A stretch of 60,835 nucleotides of DNA from Acidobacteriota bacterium (lineage in GTDB: Bacteria; Acidobacteriota; Terriglobia; Bryobacterales; UBA6623), in assembly GCA_027624045.1 (NCBI GenBank), contig JAQBUE010000003.1, forward strand, positions 1-60,835. Direction: 5' to 3'. Position 1 is the first letter of the stretch; every line of letters starts with the position of its first letter. The notes below the pieces were generated by a model. The model was not told the origin of the DNA. It saw only the letters and a list, made by a program, of their open reading frames with translations, and did not search any database. This document shows positions 38,101 through 45,596 of this stretch, piece by piece. Both the position numbers and the translations under genes were made by a program.

Positions 38101-39157
38101 TTGCCATCCCCAACTCGTGGTGATAGCGATGGGGCTGCGGCACGAGGGAAAGCCCCGTCCACTCGTGGGCCACGGGAATGACGCCCACAAGGAACAGAAG
38201 CAGACAGGAGAACCGAAGCCCTTGGGAAACGTTTCGCAGTTGCTTTGTGAGGCCGGCCAGCAAAATCAGCAAGACGCCCGCGTACAGCAGATGCTCGGCT
38301 CCCAGCGGATAGTTGCCCACAACATACTGAGCGTTGTGCCGAATCGTCGCGATGTTAGAGGGCGGCATCCAGGGCGCGGCTAGCAGGTAGGCCGCGACGC
38401 CTACGCTGATCGTGATGGATGTGCAGCGTTTCCAGCCCAGGTCAAGCCGACTGAGCACGAGGGCGATTACCGCTAGGGTCGCGGCGAAGGCGCCCAGCCA
38501 GTTCGTCAGGCTGATCGAAGCAAACATCACGGCCGCGGTGAAGAACCGCACGGCGGTCGGCCGCTTTACGACCCGATCCAAAGCAATGATTCCCAGCGGA
38601 ATCAGGACCAAAGACGCCAGGTGCGGGCTGTCGCCGTACACCACCAAAGCATGCAGGCGGCGCGGCCCCCAGACCGTGCCGAGATCGGCGGCCATGGAAG
38701 GCAACAAGAACATCGACGGCGAGAGTAACGAATACGCCAGCCCCGCGACGAAACTAACGACTCGATCTCTCGATAGGTAGTACGCCAGACAAAACAGCGT
38801 TACCGGACCGACGCAATATACTGCCGCACCGGTAGCGTGATGTGCCAGCGCGGGCGAAGCCCCCGTCACCCACGCCACTGCGGCCACCACGAAGTGAAGC
38901 AGCGGCGAATAGGTGTTCTCGTAGGGAATCCCGCCATACCAAAGCGGGAACCAAGTTAGGTCAGGCGTGTGTTCCAGGATGTAGCGGCTCAGCCCGATGT
39001 AGGCCCCTTCGATCGAGCCCATGTACGGCAGATATTCGGTAACGAACAGCTTGCGGCAAATCAACGCGTTCAGCGCGAACAGCACGCCTGCGCAGAGGGC
39101 TGTCCGTCCGCCGGGAGACAGCTTGCCATCTCTGATACCGGGAATCTTTATGAGCAT
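35156..39157 (-). CDS. Giant polytopic membrane protein made of two tandem GT-C/YfhO-like glycosyltransferase modules
   Basis: 1333-aa ORF with no internal stop. Residues 1-662 and 663-1333 are colinear homologs. Each module has many TM helices, a ~250-aa soluble region ending in HPGW..TV.G...C.GPCRIELRYDGG, and a terminal TM helix. Confidence 0.75.
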   Translation of the reverse strand: MLIKIPGIRDGKLSPGGRTALCAGVLFALNALICRKLFVTEYLPYMGSIEGAYIGLSRYILEHTPDLTWFPLWYGGIPYENTYSPLLHFVVAAVAWVTGASPALAHHATGAAVYCVGPVTLFCLAYYLSRDRVVSFVAGLAYSLLSPSMFLLPSMAADLGTVWGPRRLHALVVYGDSPHLASLVLIPLGIIALDRVVKRPTAVRFFTAAVMFASISLTNWLGAFAATLAVIALVLSRLDLGWKRCTSITISVGVAAYLLAAPWMPPSNIATIRHNAQYVVGNYPLGAEHLLYAGVLLILLAGLTKQLRNVSQGLRFSCLLLFLVGVIPVAHEWTGLSLVPQPHRYHHELGMAMVLTVSLAAVPWARRLLPVIRIPIVVLGLALALSQAYGYYKYGGSRISSIDIQTTVEYQAARWAAENLPGKRVFASGSTRFWLNAFSDSPQVGGGFDQGLRNRPLLHIKFAIPYLAGDGERSAVWLKALGTHAVIVGGPNTRDAYKEYRDPAKFDGLLEELWRDGDDAIYVVPQRSDSLARVIRREHVVTRPPIHGEDIEHVRPYVAGLDDPSLPLADIDWMNPHSGVIETELKPEHLISLQISYHPGWNATVNGAARPATEDGLGMMLIEPGCDGPCRIELRYDGGTEMLAAKTARFLTLCLFLLWIGAERFRPGVAASVREQVLAPAALQVGALVALNAFVCRELFVTAYLDRMGSIEGAYMGLIRHIAEHPFDFAWFPLWYGGIPFENAYHPLLPIAAAAFSALSGASAALSFHVAGAAVYCLGPVALYGLALYFTRDRMASFLAALAYSLLSPTAFLLPSIAADLGSMWWPRRLRDLVIYGDAAYLMVLVLLPAAIVAIDRLLERLTPARLFAAVLAAAAILLTNWFGVMSLALGAVCLALTRPGHGGPMKIPLVLGAAYAIAASWIPPSYLMGVWRNAEYIESYASFQSVQVLMLLLLAAALAGGAKLLRRFEISRGAGFSILFLAGTGVIALSDEWLGVHLVPQPQRYHLEFELAVALSLAFALGWVLRGAGLRLRPILAAATALVALAQVANLREYAAPQLRSIAIEQTVEYSASRWLDQNLPGKRVFATGSTQFWLSAFADNPQLGGGFDEGIRNPRIPHVRYGIPHLMADGEQAVAWLRAYGAKAIIVGGERTRDAYRAFRDPAKFVGVLPELWRDGGDGDDVIYGVPHRSDSLAKVIRRADVVATTPTDQNDVEPMLRYVRACEDASLPLANIEWRDAGTGVIEADLTREHVVSLQISHHPGWSATVDGREVALRRDGLGQMIVTPRCEGPCRIELRYDGGLEMTLAKGARGVVLLIGLAWVAWDWRRRRR
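35159..37171 (-). repeat. Tandem intragenic duplication, copy 2 (module 2, aa 663-1333)
   Basis: Same evidence as copy 1. The junction codon for Glu663 lies at 37169-37171. Confidence 0.8.
37172..39157 (-). repeat. Tandem intragenic duplication, copy 1 (module 1, aa 1-662)
   Basis: Manual alignment with copy 2 gave 63/100 identical residues over the first 100 aligned positions (from LFVTEYL / LFVTAYL). Confidence 0.8.
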
Positions 39158-39904
39158 TCAGGCGTACAGCCAGGAAGGGAAACGCTCGCGCACCGGGCCG
39201 GCCTCAAGCTTCTCTACATCGTAGCCCGAGTCGCGCAGCAGGTCGGCAAGCTCGCGCGGCGCATACTCGCGGCTGTGCTTGGGGTCAAGTGTGCCGTCCT
39301 CATTCCGCCGCGGATACTGCGAAAACTGCTGGGGCTGAAAACCGGTGAGGATCGCCGCCACGCCGCGCGTCGAGCAGATGTTCGGCGTCGTCATCAGCAG
39401 CCAGCCTCCGGGCTTCGTGACGCGGTTGATCTCACTCATCATGCGCATCGGATCTTCGTTCAAGTGCTCCAATAATTCGCAACACAGCACCGTCGTGAAG
39501 TGTTCATCCGGGTAGGGGAAGGGATCCCGCTCGGCGTTGAAGAGATCAATGTCGCACTCGAACTCCTCGCCGTTCGCCGATCGAGAGTGCTTATGAACAA
39601 CCTCGCCGGCAGGTCCCAAATCAGAACCGCGCACCTCGCCGTAACCGAGCCGATGATGCAGCGCCGGTGTGATCTGCATGTACGCGCCCATCTCGAGGAC
39701 GCGGTCATCTCTGGAACCGCGAGGCGTCAATTCCAGAGTGCGAACGAATCGCTCCAGGTGTTCGCGGGCGTACTGCTCCGCGTCCGCTGAGTGCGAGCAG
39801 TAGTCGAGAATGTAGCGGCCCATCTCAGTCATGCGCGGCGCCCTACGCCGGATCGGCTCGTCCGGCGGCGTTGTCTTCTTTGTGCGCCAAGGGAAGAATC
39901 TCAT
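39158..39904 (-). CDS. Class I SAM-dependent methyltransferase
   Basis: Methyltransf_11/23-like blocks are present (RVLEMGAY..., FTTVLCCELLEHLNEDPMRMMSEINRVTKPGGWLLMTTPN). Its stop abuts the start of the downstream gene (TGAATG). The start is uncertain: ATG at 39904, 39832 or 39823, or TTG at 39937. Confidence 0.8.
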   Translation of the reverse strand: MRFFPWRTKKTTPPDEPIRRRAPRMTEMGRYILDYCSHSADAEQYAREHLERFVRTLELTPRGSRDDRVLEMGAYMQITPALHHRLGYGEVRGSDLGPAGEVVHKHSRSANGEEFECDIDLFNAERDPFPYPDEHFTTVLCCELLEHLNEDPMRMMSEINRVTKPGGWLLMTTPNICSTRGVAAILTGFQPQQFSQYPRRNEDGTLDPKHSREYAPRELADLLRDSGYDVEKLEAGPVRERFPSWLYA

Positions 39905-39943
39905 AGTGTTACACTGACCGCTCTCATGGGGGAACACACGAAA

Positions 39944-41653
39944 ATGTTTCGTTCCGGCGTCGCCTGGTTCTTGCTAGCGGGGGCCTTCATTCTCTCCGGC
40001 TGTGGTGCTTCCGATACGCCCGAATCGACGTCTGGCCGCCCGCCGAACATCGTTCTCATCATGACCGACGACCAGGGGTGGGCGCAGGCTGGTTTTCGCG
40101 GCGACGACGTTATCCAAACGCCGAGCCTCGATCGTCTCGCTTCGCAGAGCGTCAACCTGACGCGCTTCTACGTCTCGCCCGTCTGCGCGCCCACCAGGGC
40201 CAGTCTCATGACCGGGCGCTACAACTATCGCAGCGGCGTCGTCGACACCTACATCGGCCGCGCCATGATGCATGGCGACGAAGTCACCGTCGCTGAGATG
40301 CTCAGCCAAGCCGGCTATAAGACGGGCATCTTCGGGAAGTGGCATCTCGGAGATAACTACTCCATGCGCGCCGGCGATCAGGGCTTCCAGGAATCGCTTG
40401 TTCACAGGGGCGGCGGCATCGGCCAGCCCGCCGACCCGCCCGGCACCAGCTACTTCGACCCGATCCTTCAATTGAATGGTGAGCAGAAACCGTACGCGGG
40501 CTATTGCACTGACATCTTCTTTAACAGCGCGATGATGTTCATCGAACAGAATCGCGACCGTCCGTTTTTCGTCTACATCCCCACGAATGCACCGCACTCG
40601 CCCTACGATGTCCCGGAAAGCTACATCGAGCCCTACCGCGCCCAAGGGCTCAACGATAAGGACGCCCGCATCTACGGCATGATCGCGAACATCGACGAAA
40701 ACACCGGCAAGCTGCTCGAACTGCTTGAAAAGCGCGGGCTCGCCGAAAACACCATCGTCATCTTCATGACCGACAACGGCCCCACGACGCGCCGCTATAC
40801 GGCGGGCCTGCGCGAACAGAAGGCAAGTGTTTACGAAGGCGGAATCCGCGTTCCGTTTCTGATTCGCTGGCCCGCGCGGCTTACTCCTCGCAGCGATGAC
40901 CGCATCGCCGCTCACATCGACGTCTTGCCGACGTTGATCGAAGCGGCCGGCGCCACTTTGCCCGGTGATCGCAAGATCGATGGCATCAGCCTATTGCCAC
41001 GCCTGCTCGACGCGGCCTCGCCCGTCCCCGAGCGCACGCTTTACATCCAGTCGCACCGCGGCAATGTTCCGCAACTGTATCGCAACTTCGCCGCCGTCAC
41101 CCAGAAGTTCAAATTGGTACAGCCGAAATCCTTCGGCCAGCCCATGCCCGACAACCCCGCGTTCGAACTTTACGACCTCGAAGCGGACAGCGGCGAGGAG
41201 CATGATCTCGCCGCGCGGCAAAGCGAGACGGTCGATCGTTTGAAGAAGGGCTATGAGCGGTGGTTCGAGAATGTGTCATCAACTCGCGGCTACGATCCAC
41301 CGCGCATCCCTGTGGGTACTGAACATGAGAACCCCGTCACCCTCACCCGCCAGGACTGGCGCGTCGTCGGCCCTGACGGCTATGGCGATGACAACCTCGG
41401 CTCGTGGGAAGTCGATGTCGCCGCGGCCGGCAACTACGAAGTCCGCTTGCGCTTCCCCAAGCAGCAGGCAGCTGGACGCGTCGTGTTCGCTCTCGGCAAG
41501 GATCGCGGCGAAGCGGAATTCGATATCGGCACAGAGTCCATCACGTTCGGACCCTTCGCCTTCCCGCCAGGCCCCGCCACTCTCGAAGCGCGCCTCATTC
41601 GAAGCGGCGAAACCGTTGGCGTGAAATACGTCGATGTCGCCAAACTCGACTGA
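39944..41653 (+). CDS. Lipoprotein arylsulfatase (formylglycine-dependent sulfatase family)
   Basis: Signal and lipobox MFRSGVAWFLLAGAFILSGC. Present are PNIVLIMTDDQGW, the CxPxR motif SPVCAPTRASLMTGR, and GKWHLG. ATG 39926 is an alternative start. Confidence 0.9.
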   Translation: MFRSGVAWFLLAGAFILSGCGASDTPESTSGRPPNIVLIMTDDQGWAQAGFRGDDVIQTPSLDRLASQSVNLTRFYVSPVCAPTRASLMTGRYNYRSGVVDTYIGRAMMHGDEVTVAEMLSQAGYKTGIFGKWHLGDNYSMRAGDQGFQESLVHRGGGIGQPADPPGTSYFDPILQLNGEQKPYAGYCTDIFFNSAMMFIEQNRDRPFFVYIPTNAPHSPYDVPESYIEPYRAQGLNDKDARIYGMIANIDENTGKLLELLEKRGLAENTIVIFMTDNGPTTRRYTAGLREQKASVYEGGIRVPFLIRWPARLTPRSDDRIAAHIDVLPTLIEAAGATLPGDRKIDGISLLPRLLDAASPVPERTLYIQSHRGNVPQLYRNFAAVTQKFKLVQPKSFGQPMPDNPAFELYDLEADSGEEHDLAARQSETVDRLKKGYERWFENVSSTRGYDPPRIPVGTEHENPVTLTRQDWRVVGPDGYGDDNLGSWEVDVAAAGNYEVRLRFPKQQAAGRVVFALGKDRGEAEFDIGTESITFGPFAFPPGPATLEARLIRSGETVGVKYVDVAKLD

Positions 41654-41824
41654 TCTGGCAAGCATCTCCCGCCGAGCCACGCCCCCAACGGGAACAAACG
41701 CCGTCCGCCCGGTGTCTAAGTTAACAGTACGTTGCTGAGGCAGCCGGCTGCTTTCGCCACATTGTTCATGCGGTGGGTTCTTGCAAGGAATCACTTCGCA
41801 AGACCCCTCTTTTGGGAGGATACT

Positions 41825-42565
41825 GTGTTCGAAAGCACTGTCGATATTCGGTCCGAATCTCACCGTCCCTGGACGGTCGCTGTCTCATTTCTCGCCCAGA
41901 GCGCCCTGGTGCTGCTGGCCCTTGTGATCCCGCTGCTCACTACGCAGTCCTTACCGACTCCCACCTGGATGGCTGTGCTGCTCGCACCGCCGCCGCCACG
42001 TGGGACGGCCTCACCCGAGCCTCCTGGAAAGACACGGGCCACAACCGCCCCGCCGCAGCAGTTTGATACGGACGGCCTTTTGGCCCCAACCCAGATTCCG
42101 AAAGACGTCGCGCTCGTGATAGATAACGACGCCAGTCCGCCGTCACTGCTGAACAATCTAGACATCGGAGTGGGCGGTCCCATCGGGGTTCCTGGAGGAG
42201 TCCCTGGCGGCATCTGGGTTTCACAAAAAGTTCAACCGCCGCCGCCGCCCCCGGTCCTCCCCAAGCCAACCACTCCCCAAGCCGTTCGCATCAGCAGCAC
42301 GGTTCAAAGGGCCAAGCTAACCCACAAAGTCGTCCCTGCCTACCCAGCCATCGCCAAGCAGGCGGGCGTCAGCGGCGTCGTGAAAATCGAGGCCATCATC
42401 GCTCGCGACGGCTCCATCAAGCAACTAAAAGCCCTCAGCGGACACCCGCTCTTAATCAGGCCCGCCCTTGAGGCAGTCCAACAGTGGCGCTATCGCCCCA
42501 CGCTCCTCAACGGCGAAGCCGTCGAGGTCTTTACGCAAATCGAAGTCCGTTTCGTGCTGCGATGA
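41825..42565 (+). CDS. tonB: Energy transducer TonB
   Basis: GTG 41825 lies 6 nt after GGGAGG. The protein has an N-terminal TM anchor, a Pro-rich linker (PPPPPPVLPKPTTP), and a TonB C-terminal domain (PAYPAIAKQAGVSGVVKIEAII..DGSI...ALEAVQQWRYRP). Confidence 0.85.
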   Translation: MFESTVDIRSESHRPWTVAVSFLAQSALVLLALVIPLLTTQSLPTPTWMAVLLAPPPPRGTASPEPPGKTRATTAPPQQFDTDGLLAPTQIPKDVALVIDNDASPPSLLNNLDIGVGGPIGVPGGVPGGIWVSQKVQPPPPPPVLPKPTTPQAVRISSTVQRAKLTHKVVPAYPAIAKQAGVSGVVKIEAIIARDGSIKQLKALSGHPLLIRPALEAVQQWRYRPTLLNGEAVEVFTQIEVRFVLR

Positions 42566-42619
42566 AAGCAGGCCCAGCGCCACGGTGCTAGCTGCGACAC
42601 ATGACACCGCGGACCGCGC

Positions 42620-43336
42620 CTAGTCGATTCTCTTGACGAGCGCCACAGCTTCCTTGTAACGGGGGAACTTGCGCTCGTCTTCATAGAAAGCTTTGGTGTG
42701 GACCAAACGCCGCCGCCCGACGCGGTGCTCGACGGGATGCTTCAGGTGCAGCATCTCGTGGTACATCACGTACTCCACGAGAAAGCGCGGCACCTTGGGA
42801 TGGTCGAAGATCTTGCTGATGACGATCGCGTTATGAGCCGGGTCCCAATGCCCCAACATCCGGCGGGACCGCTTGGGGCTCCAAGTGAGTTGCGGCCGCG
42901 GCAGCAATCCATCGAAGAACCGCCGGTTCAGATCCTCAAACATCTCGTCGAGATCGAACGTGCCCCCTTGAGCGGATACGATCTGCTTGCGGCCCCGCAC
43001 GCGGCGCAGCAACAGAGACTTCTCCCGTACATCGGCGCGATCGGTATACAGGCTGTAACGCTGCTTATAGTGTTCGGGCGCCTCTTTGCGGAAGATCTTG
43101 CAGAGCAGCATCCAGGCCAGCGCTTCCTGAATCGCGGCCGGGGCGCTTTCCAACTGATCGCTGATCCGTACCTTCATGACCTTCTTGTCATGGTCAAATC
43201 TGATGTTGCTGTCCAGGTGAACGTAGGGCCGGAAGTTGATGTGGACTTCGTGCAGGGCCGTCCGCGGTTTCAACTCACGGAACACGCGCCGGTAGATATC
43301 TTCGACACTCTCAAACAGCAATGAAGTCTGAATCAT
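42620..43336 (-). CDS. SprT-like / DUF45-like zinc metalloprotease (HExxH)
   Basis: C-terminal VEYVMYHEMLHLKHP motif. ATG 43336 is preferred over the start at 43381. Confidence 0.6.
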   Translation of the reverse strand: MIQTSLLFESVEDIYRRVFRELKPRTALHEVHINFRPYVHLDSNIRFDHDKKVMKVRISDQLESAPAAIQEALAWMLLCKIFRKEAPEHYKQRYSLYTDRADVREKSLLLRRVRGRKQIVSAQGGTFDLDEMFEDLNRRFFDGLLPRPQLTWSPKRSRRMLGHWDPAHNAIVISKIFDHPKVPRFLVEYVMYHEMLHLKHPVEHRVGRRRLVHTKAFYEDERKFPRYKEAVALVKRID

Positions 43337-43479
43337 GACTGCGCCGGGTGACTTTCCATTGTCGCAATCGGCCACAAGCAACGGCTTCTGCTCGCGATTC
43401 GGCGAACGTGATTTCGCTGTATCATAGGGGGTTCCGAATGGACGGCCCCGGCTCGTGGGCAGTCGTTCCCCACTTTTCT

Positions 43480-44505
43480 ATGCCTAAAGCTACACCCTCG
43501 CAAAGCGCTCGTCTGGTCCGCAGGGTAAAAATTTCTGCGATCGGCTGTTACGTCCCGCCCAAGAAGCTGACCAACGCCGATCTAGAGAAGATGGTCGACA
43601 CCAACGATGATTGGATCTTTGCGCGGACCGGCATTCGCACACGGCACATTGTGGAACCAGGAGTCGCCACGTCGGACCTCTCCGTCGAAGCCGCCAAACT
43701 CGTGCTGGAGCAGCGCAATCTCAAAGGCAGCGACATCGACACCATCATCGTCTGCACAGTCACGCCCGACATGATGTTCCCCTCGACGGCCTGCCTTGTG
43801 CAAGACCGCCTGGGCGCGACCGGCGCGTGGGGATTCGATCTGATCGCAGCCTGCTCGGGAACTGTTTACGGCCTGACGACAGGCGCCCAAATGATCGCCA
43901 GCGGGGCTCAAGAGCGAGTACTCGTGATCGGCGCCGACACGATGTCGAAAATCGTCGACTACCAGGACCGCGCCACCTGCGTGCTCTTCGGCGACGCTGC
44001 GGGCGCGGTTTTGCTCGAACCTTCCGAGGACCCCGATCTGGGTCTGCTCGACTACATCAACGAGGTCGACGGCTCGGGCGGGCACATGCTCTACATGCCG
44101 GCTGGCGGCAGCCGTCTGCCGGCTTCACCGGAAACGCTCGCCGCCCGTATGCACTATGTCCACCAAGACGGCGGCCAGGTCTTCAAATACGCCGTCCGGA
44201 AAATGTCGGAAGTCTGTGTCGAGATTCTTAGGCGCAACGGCTTCACGCCAGAGGACGTTGACATCCTCCTTCTGCATCAAGCCAACGGCCGCATCATCTC
44301 GGCCGTCGCCGACAAATTGGGCATGCCCGAGAACAAAGCCATCAACATCATCGAGGAATACGGCAACACAACCGGCGCCACGATTCCGCTGGCGGCGCGC
44401 GAAGTGTTGAATAACGGACGCCTCAAAAAGGGCGACCTGGTCGTGATGTGCGCCGTCGGCGCCGGGCTTACGGCCGGAGCCGCCCTGTGGCGCTGGGCCT
44501 ACTGA
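43480..44505 (+). CDS. fabH: Beta-ketoacyl-ACP synthase III
   Basis: LTNADLEKMVDTNDDWIFARTGIRTRH is present, with the active-site Cys in DLIAACSG and HQANGRII...GNTTGATIPLA. Confidence 0.92.
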   Translation: MPKATPSQSARLVRRVKISAIGCYVPPKKLTNADLEKMVDTNDDWIFARTGIRTRHIVEPGVATSDLSVEAAKLVLEQRNLKGSDIDTIIVCTVTPDMMFPSTACLVQDRLGATGAWGFDLIAACSGTVYGLTTGAQMIASGAQERVLVIGADTMSKIVDYQDRATCVLFGDAAGAVLLEPSEDPDLGLLDYINEVDGSGGHMLYMPAGGSRLPASPETLAARMHYVHQDGGQVFKYAVRKMSEVCVEILRRNGFTPEDVDILLLHQANGRIISAVADKLGMPENKAINIIEEYGNTTGATIPLAAREVLNNGRLKKGDLVVMCAVGAGLTAGAALWRWAY

Positions 44506-44519
44506 ATCGTAGTTTCAGA

Positions 44520-45512
44520 TCAGCCTTCTGCTTGAGCTGCTTCGATCGCGCTTAGGATGCCGCGCATCGAGCGGCGGCTGGCTTCCTGCCTTGATCCGTC
44601 GACACGGAAGTGCGTCTCCATGGAGAGCGCCGCGCGGTAGCCATCGCGGCCAAGCGCGCGCAATATATCGACATACGGTAGCAGACCTTCACCGACGGCG
44701 ACGACACTGCGTTGACCATCGGCGTTCGGCTTGTAATCCTTGAGGTGAACGTGCTCGATGCGGGCTTTGTCCAGCGCTTCGTAGCCAACCGGATACGCCA
44801 ACTCACCGGACCACTCGCCGTTCAGCACGTCCCAGATGACGCCGACGTTTGGCGGTACGTCCGCGAGCACGCTCATCGTCTCTTCGCAGGTGGCGAGGTT
44901 GCAGGCGTTCTCGTTCTCGATACACAGCGTCATACCGGCTTTGGCGGCAACCTCGGCGGCCGCGGTGAGTTTTTCGATCAGAAGCGGGCGAATCAGCTCC
45001 GGTTTGTCGATGCGCCAGAACGAGAAGACGCGAATTTTGCTGGTCTCGAAGATCTTGGCCGTCTCGATGGCCTTGTTCAGGAACTCCATGGCGCGCGGGA
45101 ACTGCTCATCGCGTGGGATCGGGAACCCGGGGTCGGCTGCCGCTATATCGTCTTGGACGTTCTTGGCAGGCGTGAATCCTGGGACGATGCACTTGAGGAT
45201 TGGCGTATCGAGCATCGCTACCCGCAAGCCGGCCTCCTTGAGCGTGCGCTGAATCTGCTTCAGCTTCTCGGGCTCATATAGAAAGCAGTACTTGTCATCC
45301 ACATTGCGAAGCTCGACCTGGGTGACACCGAACTCGCGCGCAAAGGCGATTGCCTCATCGAGGTTTTGGCTGTATTCGTCGGTGATGAAACAAACGTTCT
45401 CAACGCCAAGATGGCCCACCTCTTCGGAGGCTGGCGCGGGCTCTTGTTCACCGCCGCAGCCGGTAAGGAGCGTCCCGGTCGAGAGAGCTTGCAGGAATCG
45501 TCTTCTATTCAT
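44520..45512 (-). CDS. Tat-signal lipoprotein, xylose isomerase-like TIM barrel (sugar phosphate isomerase/epimerase family)
   Basis: ATG at 45512 (MNRRRFLQALSTGTLLTGCGG). The body is AP_endonuc_2-like (GVTQVELR..., TLCIENE..., RIEHVHLKD). The ORF-track extension to 47000 is antisense to the next gene and is rejected. Confidence 0.8.
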   Translation of the reverse strand: MNRRRFLQALSTGTLLTGCGGEQEPAPASEEVGHLGVENVCFITDEYSQNLDEAIAFAREFGVTQVELRNVDDKYCFLYEPEKLKQIQRTLKEAGLRVAMLDTPILKCIVPGFTPAKNVQDDIAAADPGFPIPRDEQFPRAMEFLNKAIETAKIFETSKIRVFSFWRIDKPELIRPLLIEKLTAAAEVAAKAGMTLCIENENACNLATCEETMSVLADVPPNVGVIWDVLNGEWSGELAYPVGYEALDKARIEHVHLKDYKPNADGQRSVVAVGEGLLPYVDILRALGRDGYRAALSMETHFRVDGSRQEASRRSMRGILSAIEAAQAEG

Positions 45513-45596
45513 GTAAGTGTGACTCGCACCAATTCTATAGCAAACGTGTAGAATTGGCTGGCAGCTAGAACCGCTTCGAGCGGTGAGGAGGCCGAT

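Noticed and set aside
39974-40915. 313-aa minus-strand ORF inside the sulfatase gene
   Set aside because: It is antisense to a gene with clear sulfatase motifs and has no family resemblance.
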